A DNA stretch of 62,924 bases, filler included, from Rhabdomonas costata (lineage: Eukaryota): the NCBI GenBank assembly GCA_019059605.1. It is 17 parts of 17 records of this genome, joined end to end, with 100 filler letters (N's around TTAATTAATTAA, not from the genome) between each part and the next. Parts side by side here need not be neighbours in the genome. Positions count along the whole stretch, not along the records: positions 11,140 to 14,747 come from JAHMHO010000670.1; positions 14,848 to 18,460 come from JAHMHO010000671.1; positions 18,561 to 22,170 come from JAHMHO010000672.1; 14 more parts are not named here. One strand, written 5' to 3'. Each line of letters begins with the position of its first letter. The stretch's first letter is position 1. The position numbers and the translations under genes are program-made. The notes below the pieces were generated by a model. The model did not search any database. It was not told where the DNA came from and worked only from the letters and a program-made list of their open reading frames with translations. Below are positions 11,562 to 22,270 of the stretch, one piece after another.

Positions 11562-14478
11562 GAAACCCAATGTTGTCACTACCAGTACGTCTCGCGGTAC
11601 CTGGAAACTGGCGAGCCCCATGTCATTGGCACCTGTGGGCGAAGTGTCCAGGGGCGCCACAGGGATGGTCACTCCCTGTCGCTCTCGCTGGCACTGAGCG
11701 AATACACTTCTCCGTCGGGGAAGCGGTATTCGTGCTTTGGTGCGAAGTTTGGGATGAGAGGGGGCGATAAAAGCACTTGGATGGCAATGAGCTAATGCGG
11801 CGCCGGGGAAAGACACTCCTGGTCTGGAGCAGAACCGACGAGAAAGCGAGAACACAAGCATTGTGGGTTGTGCTGTTTTCTTACTAATTGGTGACCAATG
11901 GTGGGTCGCCATTTGCAACGTATGGTTCATCGCAATGGAAACCAAAATGGACGGAAATTAGAGGTGGATACAGGCACAAAGAAGAAGAATAACGTGAATG
12001 CCGGCACATCAGCTTACGATGTACCATATGCGTCATCAGCGTAATCATGTGCGATCCCTGTGCTGGGTTGTTTGCGCAGCATGTTTGCGGCCGTGTTCCA
12101 AGACGCCCGCCCCGAGTTGGAGTCACTCAGCAGCGCTTTAAGGAAGAAGGAGGCCGAAGTCATGCTGGATGCGCAGATGCAATTCACTCGGGTGCTTGTT
12201 TGATGCATTGGAGATGTTTCGAAAATGATGTCAGCTTCGTTTGGCGTGGTTTTACGTCTATTCCTGCGCATAGCGTTTCTCTGGTAAAATTGTTCAGGCA
12301 GAAAAAGGATGAGTTCGAGGCACACACACCCAAAAGAATAAAGGCGTCACAACTAGAACTATCCACGTGGAATTTATGGGAGAGTAGGGGGGGGGGTAAT
12401 TTACAAGCAACGGAATAAGAACGAATTATATGCGTCTGGGCAAGATAAATTGTGAAGAGAATGCGGATGATAGTCAAGAGAAGTGAGGTGTTTTTAATGC
12501 AAGAGGCTAAGTGGAAGTAAAGACGAATTACGTCCAATCCCGAAAAGTCGCACTACAATTTTGTGTCTTATTTTTGGGTTGCAGTATTTGTTCCACACGC
12601 TGCGCAACCCCTTGACCAGCATCAACACGGGGATGGAGCAGCTTTCTCGTGACGCCTCAACTCTGGTATTCAGACTTTCACACTTGCTGTGCCTGGCAGG
12701 AACGGGAGCTGTTGTTGTGTCGCCACGTGCGAAGAGTGCTCAGGACAAGCGCAAACCGAAACCAGCAAAGAAAAATCCGATGTTAGGAGAAAAATAGAAG
12801 CGGAGGGGTAAGTAAGAGATCTGAAGAACGAGCTCCAATTTCAAGCGGTTGCATAGAATATACTTTTCCCTTCCTACATTTTCTAACCCTAGTGTGTTTG
12901 AGCTTACGCGCTTTGCGCTTTGCGGTCGTAACTTGTGTGCTGTATTACCATTGTTTTCGCACGAGGTCTGGTTCCCAGATTCCTCCTCCTACTCACTTGC
13001 CCTTTCCGTGGCGTATACTTTTGCATCGGCGCAGGCCGCGACCTTTCCCGACGAGACCGATGGAAAGCTCCGCAGCGTATACGACGCGGCGTCGTCCATG
13101 GCAGAGGCGGTGGCCCGGACTACCCATATTATGGATAACCTGCTGGTAGAACACAACGTCCACCCACCCACCCCTGACACAATCACTATCGGATTATGCA
13201 TGCGCGGTGTCAACGATGGAGGCAGGCCGATATCCGTCTCGGCTTTCGTCGGAAATGGGTGATACGCGGCTGCTGTAGCGCCCCGATAGAATGGCAACGG
13301 GGAAAGGGCGCTTCATTACTGAATCCGATTCACCGTGAAGGTTTCATTTCCTGAAACGCGCTTGGTTCAGTGGTTGATCCATTGTCTTACCCTTGACGAG
13401 TGGTCACCGTACTGCCGCCCACTTAGGCAATGGGAACTGCTTCGGACCATTCATTCCTGCGTCCCGCGGGACAAGGGGTGATCTTTAATAGAGTAGGGCG
13501 TTTGGGCAGTCTCCGTGTGGCCTTCTCTTGTCGTGTACTTCTCTCTCCTTTGGATATTCATCTCGTTACAGGACGCCTACAACCTTCAAATTGGGAAGGT
13601 CGTGCTGGACTCCGTGCCCTTCGATCTTTTAGGGCTGCTGGGACTGAGCCTGGACTGCACCAGGCACCTCCTAACCCCAGGAGTAACCATGGATCTGGTG
13701 GTACAGCCAACTCTACCAGGTGCCAGCTTAGACCTGCTGGGCTCCCCCAACCACTTGCAGCAGGTGCTTGTATTTTCCCGTTTTTTCGGTCTCTTCTTCT
13801 GAAACTTCATGCAATGCAAGGACGGCCCCGCAGGCTTTTTGGGGGTGACAAAGAAGTGGGAAAGAGCAAGGGAGACGTTATCTTCAAACGTGTGCTTTTT
13901 ATGCTCCCATCTCCCTCCCTCCAGGACAAAAGCGCCCGCAAATAGATTAAAAAGATCCGCCGGCAACCCGGCCACTTGCCCTCAAACATGCAGTTCCTTG
14001 TGACGCAAGGCCTTTGACCACGACTCCCTTCCCTTTATGGTGTGCAAACCTAAGGTGCTGGTTAACCTGCTTTCCAACACCTGCCAGTTCACAAACAATG
14101 GATTTGTGAAGCTCTTCGTGTACATCCAGGACAACGCGGACATGATCCAGGCTCAGATACAGGCGCGTTGCGCCCGTAGGCCTCACCTCCTCCCCCATTC
14201 ACCTTAACTATGTGTCCAGTTTCAGCTGACGGGGAGGAGGCATAGCAACTCTGGAGAGGTGCCTTTGTTTCTGTGGGAAAGGAAACCATGTTTACCTCCT
14301 TCAAGTGACCCGTTGTTGCGATGGGGCAATGTATCCCAGCAATGAAGGGCGCACATTCTCTCCCCAGGCATCTCCTTCCGAGATTCTTTCTTTACTATTC
14401 TTTCTTTTCTCTTTTCCGCTTTGGATCCGCTGCAGATCGCTGACACTGGTCCTGGGCTTTCCCAAGAGAAGCTTGACA
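11562..14478 (+). CDS. PAS-domain (FixL-like) sensor histidine kinase, partial (PAS-HisKA-HATPase_c)
   Basis: Phase-compatible exons: 11562-11725 (HYQYVSRYLETGEPHVIGTCGRSVQGRHRDG), 12080-12191 (MFAAVFQD..QFTR), 12585-12665 (H-box YLFHTLRNPL), 13035-13145, 13572-13763, 14055-14162 (N-box VLVNLLSNTCQFT), 14436-~14478 (G1-box IADTGPGL). Confidence 0.88.
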
Positions 14479-15808
14479 GTGCGTTCTCGCCAAGCGAGGG
14501 GTTTGCCGTCCGCTTTGGGTCAGGTTTCTGCCCTCCTTTTTCCTCCGAGACGTCCTTGCCCTCTATTCTCTTTGACCTCTCTCTCTTTGGCAATGTGCCC
14601 TGTGCTTCTGAACACCAACAACATGGGCAACCCCTGTCACCAACTGCCATCTCTCCCTCCTCACGCCACGATTGCTTTGGAATGGTCTCCTTACTCTCTC
14701 TGGGTTGGTTCTCTTCTATTACCCACCACCCCAAACACACCCGACACNNNNNNNNNNNNNNNNNNNNNNNNNNNNNNNNNNNNNNNNNNNNTTAATTAAT
14801 TAANNNNNNNNNNNNNNNNNNNNNNNNNNNNNNNNNNNNNNNNNNNNGGAAGGAGCGTTACTCTCAGAAGCAGTACCACGTATCACTTTGTGACACGCGG
14901 TAGCAGAGGGAGGGTTCAGGACGCCCTGCGGAGAGAAATAAGTTGAGAAAGCCCTGTGCGGCACGAGGAGTGCATCTCTGAGGTTTCAAGCCGGGCCGGG
15001 ACATAAGGATCTGGGGCCCAGGGCGGGACCAGACCGGAACGTCCAACGGTCACGGGATTTTGGGAAACAGGATGTTCCATTTCCGAGGCGAAGGGGCCTA
15101 TGCGCCATGCGAACCGAACGGGCCCATAACTACCTTGGGATTAGTTGGTGTGGCGGAGCGGTGTTTTGGCAATTGAAAGCTTGAAGATGTGGACGCTTTG
15201 GGGTTGAGACTCGTTGGTCGTGTCGCCCCTACTTTTGAAAGCCAAAGAAGGATGAGGTACTCGCGCCCGGCGTGCGTTTCGTTACGCTTGGACTTGCTGA
15301 ATATCCTTTGGCGCGCCTTCGCATCAACAGCATTGCGAAAAACAATCCATTAAAACTGGTGCTTGCACAACAACCATTGCGCGAGCACAAAAACAAGAAA
15401 GAAAAAACACGCACAGGAGCAAGACAAACGGGCTTAACTGCGCACAGAGGTGGCAAATCTCGTGCATAGCAATCGGAATAGAAATTAGGAAATCGCAAAA
15501 ATCTGAAAGCAGGGCGTCATACGAACGCCCAAATTTTTACAAAATTGTTTCCACCCACTCAAGACCTACTCCTCCCATTGCCCGGCGAACCCGGTCCCCA
15601 AAAACACAATTCCTTGGGAGGCTTCGGTGGGCACGTCCATCTTGGAATCAAAGATCCACGAAATCTGCACTTACGGGAAGTCGCGCGCACGGCAGAACAT
15701 CCTTTTTTCACCGAAAAGGTCACGTTTACTCACGTGATGCTACTCAAAACACCTGTCTTGTTAACAACAACATTCTTGCAGACTGTGACCTCCTTGGAAC
15801 CCTTCCAC

Positions 15809-18389
15809 CTGGCCTGAGCAATGCACTGCTGGATCCCTCCGAAGTGAACTTCCATGGGCATGCCACCCCAGGTCACGCCCATATCTAGGCTGCCGTTGGA
15901 GAGGTGGTGCATCAGGAACAAGTTGAAGTAGCCCCTGGAGGTGGCCGGAATCAGCTTCTGCAGCCGGCAGCTGCTGCAGTGCGAGTCTCCAAAGCTCCCG
16001 AACAGCTGCAGGCTGCTCATGAACTCGCGGTATGTGCGGCACTTTATCCGACCCATGGTGAGAAAGCGGCAGCGTGCCTCCAGAGCAACAATCTGCTGCC
16101 GGGTCAGCATGAAGTGGGACTGCGTGTGCGGATTTGCACCAAAAAGGGCACACAAAAAATACCAGCGATTGAAATGGGTAGCCTGATCATGTAGTTGTTC
16201 GCAAGATACAAGATACGGTATGCGGCATTTTTAATCCGCAGAAAGTACGCGTTACTGCTTCGGTACTGGCGCGGGTCGTTCTTGCCAGTAGAGTTCTTCT
16301 TTCAAGAGAGTTCTTCGGTATTGCGGAGGATAAATTTTTTTTTGCGCGAAAACCTGGTGGTACCCCTAACATGTAACATGTCCCTCTCCGCAGGTGACTC
16401 CAGTATAATTTCCGGGTTGGGACGCTTACCATGGCAGCCTTGCCCCCCATGAGAGCCTTAGTAAAACACTTAACTTGCTGGTGTGTTATTAAAGCAGTTA
16501 CGTAAAAGCAGATCGGATCTGTGAGCCCANNNNNNNNNNNNNNNNNNNNNNNNNNNNNNNNNNNNNNNNNNNNNNNNNNNNNNNNNNNNNNNNNNNNNNN
16601 NNNNNNNNNNNNNNNNNNNNNNNNNNNNNNNNNNNNNNNNNNNNNNNNNNNNNNNNNNNNNNNNNNNNNNNNNNNNNNNNNNNNNNNNNNNNNNNNNNNN
16701 NNNNNNNNNNNNNNNNNNNNNNNNNNNNNNNNNNNNNNNNNNNNNNNNNNNNNNNNNNNNNNNNNNNNNNNNNNNNNNNNNNNNNNNNNNNNNNNNNNNN
16801 NNNNNNNNNNNNNNNNNNNNNNNNNNNNNNNNNNNNNNNNNNNNNNNNNNNNNNNNNNNNNNNNNNNNNNNNNNNNNNNNNNNNNNNNNNNNNNNNNNNN
16901 NNNNNNNNNNNNNNNNNNNNNNNNNNNNNNNNNNNNNNNNNNNNNNNNNNNNNNNNNNNNNNNNNNNNNNNNNGCCCGACCCGCACCCCTCCCCACACAC
17001 AAGCGAACGAGAACAAGGTGCCTCTCCTGTTGCTCTGCCTGCAGTCTGTAACCACCTGCCATTGAGTACGTACACCTCGCTCGGATGCGGGCAGAGAAGA
17101 GTCAAATCACAGGTGCGCAACCCAAGAAAGGGGCTTCTGTGCCCTCGTAGAGCCCACCGGGGCCGCGGTGCTTTCAATATTGAAAACGAAGCCTTTCGAT
17201 TACAGTCACTGTTCCCATGCTTACGTTCACACACCACATCGAACACACACACGCACGCACACACACACGGCATTAAACAGTGCATTCAGCACAAAAAGCA
17301 TGCACATTTTCCTCAACGACTCCACGTACTTGCACAATGACGAATGCATGGAACAGCGAGTCTCACCTGTCTCGCGCCTAAGTATATCATCAGCCAGCCA
17401 ACATATGGCTGCACCAGAACAGCAACCCACAGAAGCGGTTACACCAACCTTGTGGAAAGGACTTCAAAAGCTGCCAAACACAGCATAAAAAAATAAGAAA
17501 TGGAACCCACAACCCCACGCGAACCTGGTGCGGGTTGACTGGAAGGTAGTACCACCGTCCACCGCCTAAGTGGATGACAGTCACAGGAAGTCCACCCCAC
17601 GTTACGTACTCCACAATTGGGGTAGTCATCTGGCCCTTGTGGTAGACGTACCGCTGCACCCCAGGGAGATAGTCCCCGGGCAGTATCGCCGCCTCCCACA
17701 GGAACAGCAGCACATGACTGAGCTTAATGAGCTGAAAATGGCATGGCATCGAGGGATCAAGAGGTGTTCAATGCACTCCACCTCTAAGAGCACCTCTGTC
17801 ACTTTTCATCTTGTGACCTTTGGCGGACCTTGTTATTTTGGTGTTATAAAACACGCCAACACGCCTCCTGCCCACTCATGGCAAAGGATTTGGCTGATGG
17901 AGTCAAAGCTCGATTTTTCCCATCCCGTCTCCCCACCTTCCTCTGGCTCTTGCCGGAAACAAGCCACTGCAGCCGCCACAGCTCAGGCGCCCTCCACAAA
18001 ACCTGTCGTCCGCTCAAGCAAAGCAACTCCCAACTTGCTGCTCGTTGCTGTGTGGACTCAGGAACAACTGACGGCGCCTGACGTGCTTATTCCTGCACCC
18101 CAAACTCCTGAAGAAACACAAAAAGGCAGCCCAAACTCTCGTAGAATGGATTACTGCGCTCAGCACAAGGGAGAACAGGAGAGTGGAGGAGGAGGCCCAC
18201 CATGTCGTTCTCGGTGTAGATGAAGAAGTCATACAGGTCCAGGTTGTTCGCTACCGCGACGCGGGACATTCGGGCCAAGCCGTGGCCCACGGAGGCCTTG
18301 TACTGCTGGAAGCTGAGCTCCACCGAGGAGTTCAGCCTGGTGCAGAACAATGCCCGCCGCACCGCGGCCTCCATAGGACCAGGAGACAC
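15809..18389 (-). CDS. Putative glycosyltransferase-like (GT-A-type) protein, partial
   Basis: Exons 18389-18201 (LDLYDFFIYTENDM, a DxD-like motif), a probable short exon near 17935-18000, 17692-17525 (DYLPGVQRY..YLPVNPHQ) and 16119-15809 (SHFMLTRQQI..LMHHLSN). All are GT-AG bounded. The family call rests on the motif only. Confidence 0.5.
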
Positions 18390-18564
18390 CTTGTTGGCCC
18401 GGAATCCACACCCATCCACGGAACCCGCCCAACCACACCGAATGCAACTGGCACCCATCTNNNNNNNNNNNNNNNNNNNNNNNNNNNNNNNNNNNNNNNN
18501 NNNNTTAATTAATTAANNNNNNNNNNNNNNNNNNNNNNNNNNNNNNNNNNNNNNNNNNNNTGTG

Positions 18565-19290
18565 TTTTTGTCAGTCACCACTCCATGAGCCTGGGGCATC
18601 ACGTGTGCAGATTGTGCGGCTACTACGATAACGTACTGGTCTCCTCCAATTACTCCCAGTTGGAGCTCAACACCAGCCAAATTGTGGCCAACTTGCTGGG
18701 GGACCCATGGGGGCCACCGACGTCCCTGGTTATCGATTGGTCGCCGTTTGGTGTCACCGAGGCTCCGGTTGCCGCCAAGCTGCTGGCCATCCCCGAGGAC
18801 TTTCGAGGTCAGATTGTTGCCATTGGCTTCCGGACTGTTCAAGACTGGGGAGCTCTGCCTCGATTCCTATGGAAAGCATCGCCCCCGAACTCGCTCGGGC
18901 CTTCGGGCGGCGTGTGCATTTTGTGGAGCTCCTGGACGTCGTTTTGCCATGGTATCGATACAAGAATGGGGTGTGGGGCCGATGTCCCTTCATTGGCACC
19001 ACGTTCACCCTTGGAACGCAGTCACTCAGATGTCGGTCCGTGGCATTGTGACGGATATGTTGGCACAGATGACGTTTACGATTGACTTCGGACTGAAACC
19101 AGCGGGACTACGAAGGCGGCGGGAAACTGCAGAGCGGGAGGCGGTGTACGCCACACACCCGCTGCGGGTATGCACTGACTGTAGGAAGTGGTTTCTTCCC
19201 TTTTTCGCGAATCCTCGTCCCGAGCTGCAGTGCTTCGACCACGTTCCGACGTTAGAGGAAGCACCGCGTGTGATCCTAGATCACCGCCAA
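18565..19290 (+). pseudogene. Inverted, frameshifted 3' continuation of the NXPE-like gene (probable chimera)
   Basis: 18565-18745 is the reverse complement of 19291-19471 with 1 mismatch. The + strand then continues the protein across two frameshifts (VHFVELLDVVLPW, then SLHWHH..VCTDC). Confidence 0.6.
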
Positions 19291-20777
19291 GGCGACCAAT
19301 CGATAACCAGGGACGTCGGTGGCCCCCATGGGTCCCGCAGCAAGTTGGCCACAATTTGGCTGGTGTTGAGCTCCAACTGGGAGTAATTGGAGGAGACCAG
19401 TACGTTATCGTAGTAGCCGCACAATCTGCACACGTGATGCCCCAGGCTCATGGAGTGGTGACTGACAAAAATAGCCCGGACGTTCACGTAGGATAGGCGG
19501 ACGTTCCCAACCTGTACGTCCATCCTCCCCCAGCACTTGTGCAGCGTGTCCAATCCAGCTCCCAACCGATTCAGCAGCAGGTCGACCGCGCTCAGAAAAA
19601 CCCCGCGGATTTTACTGGACCCCATGTAAACGATCCACTGGCGCTTCTGGCTCTCCACCAAGCTCAGGAGCTCGTCGTGGTTCCAGGTCTGGTAGTGGCA
19701 CTGCTCTGGACGAAACACGTACCCCCAGCGCAGGCACTCCTCCGCCATCACCGTCCGCTGGCCATCGCACCGCATCCATCTTCCTTGGTAGGGAAATGAG
19801 CCTGACATTCCGCACGGCTGCTCCTCTTTCGACGAGTTGAACAGATCAGCTCCGCTCACTATGAGATGGTAGTGGTGTCGAGGTAAGGGAACAAAGCCCT
19901 TCCCTAGAATGAGGTCAATGGCCAGCGTGTACCTGCCCGCCAGGACAGGCGTGTACGTGAATTTCACTGTCCGGTCCGACAAGCGTGCGCCAATTATGCC
20001 TATCACGGTGTCAGGCCCCTCCATCGTGGCATACACGTACAAGACATTCTTCAGCACGATGGGATGCAAGAACTGCAGAACGAAGGCTGCGGGCTGCCCT
20101 GATGCAACGAAAGAAGAAAAGAAAACGACGCTCTCATCTGAAGGATGAAATGCATTTGCGTCTATCGAAACCGATTCTAAAAGGAGTTGCCTACATAATT
20201 ATCCCGCTGGAAGGATGAGTTCGGGGTTCCGTAAGGATGCCTCTGAACTCGGCAAACTATAGAAACACACTATTGGCGCAAAAGAATCTTCCTTTTGCCG
20301 TGAGCAAACGGGACTAATCGCGATTAATTGCGGTTGCTGTAAACGGAAAAAGGGATGGCAACCACAACCACGGTAAACTGGTCTCCAGTCTTCTAGAAAA
20401 ATGAGCCCCTGGTATCTGGAGAAAGGACATTCGCGAATGCATCTTTTGTGGTGAAGAAATTATGCACAGATTCGCATCTTCAACGGAAAAACCACAGGGA
20501 ATAGCGGGAAGGGTGTCTTCTCCTGTCTTTCTGGCGCACCTGTAACGGCACGAAGATGGCCAGTTCCAGAATAGTTCACCCACAGCCTCTGCCCTCGTTC
20601 TCGGAATGGCTTATTATAATGCTCCAGAGAAGGTACGTAGGACTGCAGCACTCCCGGGTTGGGGCCAGAAGCTTCCCCACCATAAAGGAAGGATTCGTTC
20701 AAAAGCAAGACAACATAAACGAGAAGGAAACAGGCTCCATTATTTCTGAAAGACTGAGTCCAAAGACAAAATTCCAT
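19291..20777 (-). CDS. NXPE-like protein (N-terminal TM, filamin/Ig-like domain, PC-esterase/SGNH-like domain); 3' part inverted
   Basis: Exon 20777-20540 carries the TM segment and SGTGHLRAVTG. Exon 20098-19291 carries QPAAFVL..FTYTPVLAGRYTL, GRW, YVFRPEQC and WIVYMGSSKIR (GDS-like motif). Confidence 0.65.
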
Positions 20778-21294
20778 TGGATGATCTGTTCGGGAGGCGA
20801 AAAGAAACGGATGCGAACTTGCACATGCACCTGAAGACGTTTTTCCTTTTTTGCTGTGATTTTCCGTGGTCTTTTCCCCGCGGAAAGGACTATAACAAAA
20901 AGTGTGTGCGTGCTGGGAGATAGTGCGCTGGCTGTTGCTTGACTGGCTGTTCTTGGGCTTAAAAACGACCCTAGAAGCCCCTTAGAGGTACACTAACGAG
21001 GTCTATCTCACGCAAATGTGATGTCAGTCTGAAGTACTCCTGAGTACCATCACTAGGCACACGAAGGACCTCGGTCTGAGAGCTTGAGCGCTGGTCTTGA
21101 CCCTGAAAAGGCCTTAAAATGGCACTTTGGGGGTTCTTTAAATCTTTCTAAGTCCAAAGGCCCCTCTGACAATTTTTTGGCCCTTGGCCACCCTATTCCA
21201 CGAACTATTCGGCACCAATCAAGAAAAAAGAGTGTATCGGAAATCTTTTTCGGGCAAACGAAACTTTTTGTCCTGATAACATGGGGGTTGTCTC

Positions 21295-21325
21295 CTGATG
21301 ACATACTGATGACATACTGATGACA
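21295..21325. repeat. Tandem CTGATGACATA x~3
   Basis: Read directly from the sequence. Confidence 0.85.
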
Positions 21326-22270
21326 GAAAGCTAGCAACGTTCACACGACACTCTGTACAACAGGCACGACAAGGGCACACCGTCTTCGACGCAGAGCATT
21401 GCAAAGAAAAATTCCGCACTGTGAGCAAGAAAACAAGTGAGTATCACCTCGCGGGGTACAAATCCCGCCGCAAGTGAGTACACCGGGAAGGCAACTCCCC
21501 GCGTCCAGGAATGTAAAGTAAAATGTGAGAAGGAAAAGCGGGGGGGGGGTGCCTCGAAATATCCTCGTACTCTGAGCACACTCACTCCTGCCCCCGGTGA
21601 AGGAAGTGAGGCCGCACAGACAAGGATCTGGCCAAAAAGCCAAAAGACCAAAAAGGATCCGACACTTGGCACCAATTCAGTGAAAAGCACCAACACACGT
21701 GAAGCATGAAGGAATAAAAGTGAAGGGGGGGGGGGCAGAAAGCGAGACAGACACAAAGCACAGCGCAGCGGAGAGTCATTGACGTCCCAGCACAAGCAAA
21801 GCGACACCCACCCCTCCCAAGAGGAACTGCAAGCGCCCCGGATGCACACCCGATTTCCCGTGGATAGCTCGGAGACAGCAATCTTCTTGCCCCCTCCAGG
21901 GCACACCTCGGAAGCACTGGTTTCGCACAAAGGAGTAGTGGTCCTTCACAGAAACAGCGGCGTTTATTTTGGACGAGCTACTGAAAGAAGCCACGGAAAT
22001 ACGTCAGGAGCTCCTCACAGCACAAAAACACGTACACCAGTGTACAGATACAAGATGACGCATGGGTACAACACAACCCTGAAATGCAAATCGAAAAGGA
22101 CATCCACAAAAAGGGGCACACCCTTTTCTCTCTCTCTCAATCGCCTCTGCACATTGCATAGCAAGAAAGCNNNNNNNNNNNNNNNNNNNNNNNNNNNNNN
22201 NNNNNNNNNNNNNNTTAATTAATTAANNNNNNNNNNNNNNNNNNNNNNNNNNNNNNNNNNNNNNNNNNNN

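Noticed and set aside
11868-12050. Extra transmembrane/MASE1-like exons (VTNGGSPF; CTICVISVII) in the kinase
   Set aside because: The first has no AG acceptor and an upstream stop. Exon 12080-12191 already joins the PAS domain to the H-box in frame.
21295-21332. Hammerhead ribozyme core (CTGATGA...GAAA)
   Set aside because: There is no stem II or flanking stems; the tandem CTGATGACATA repeat explains it.
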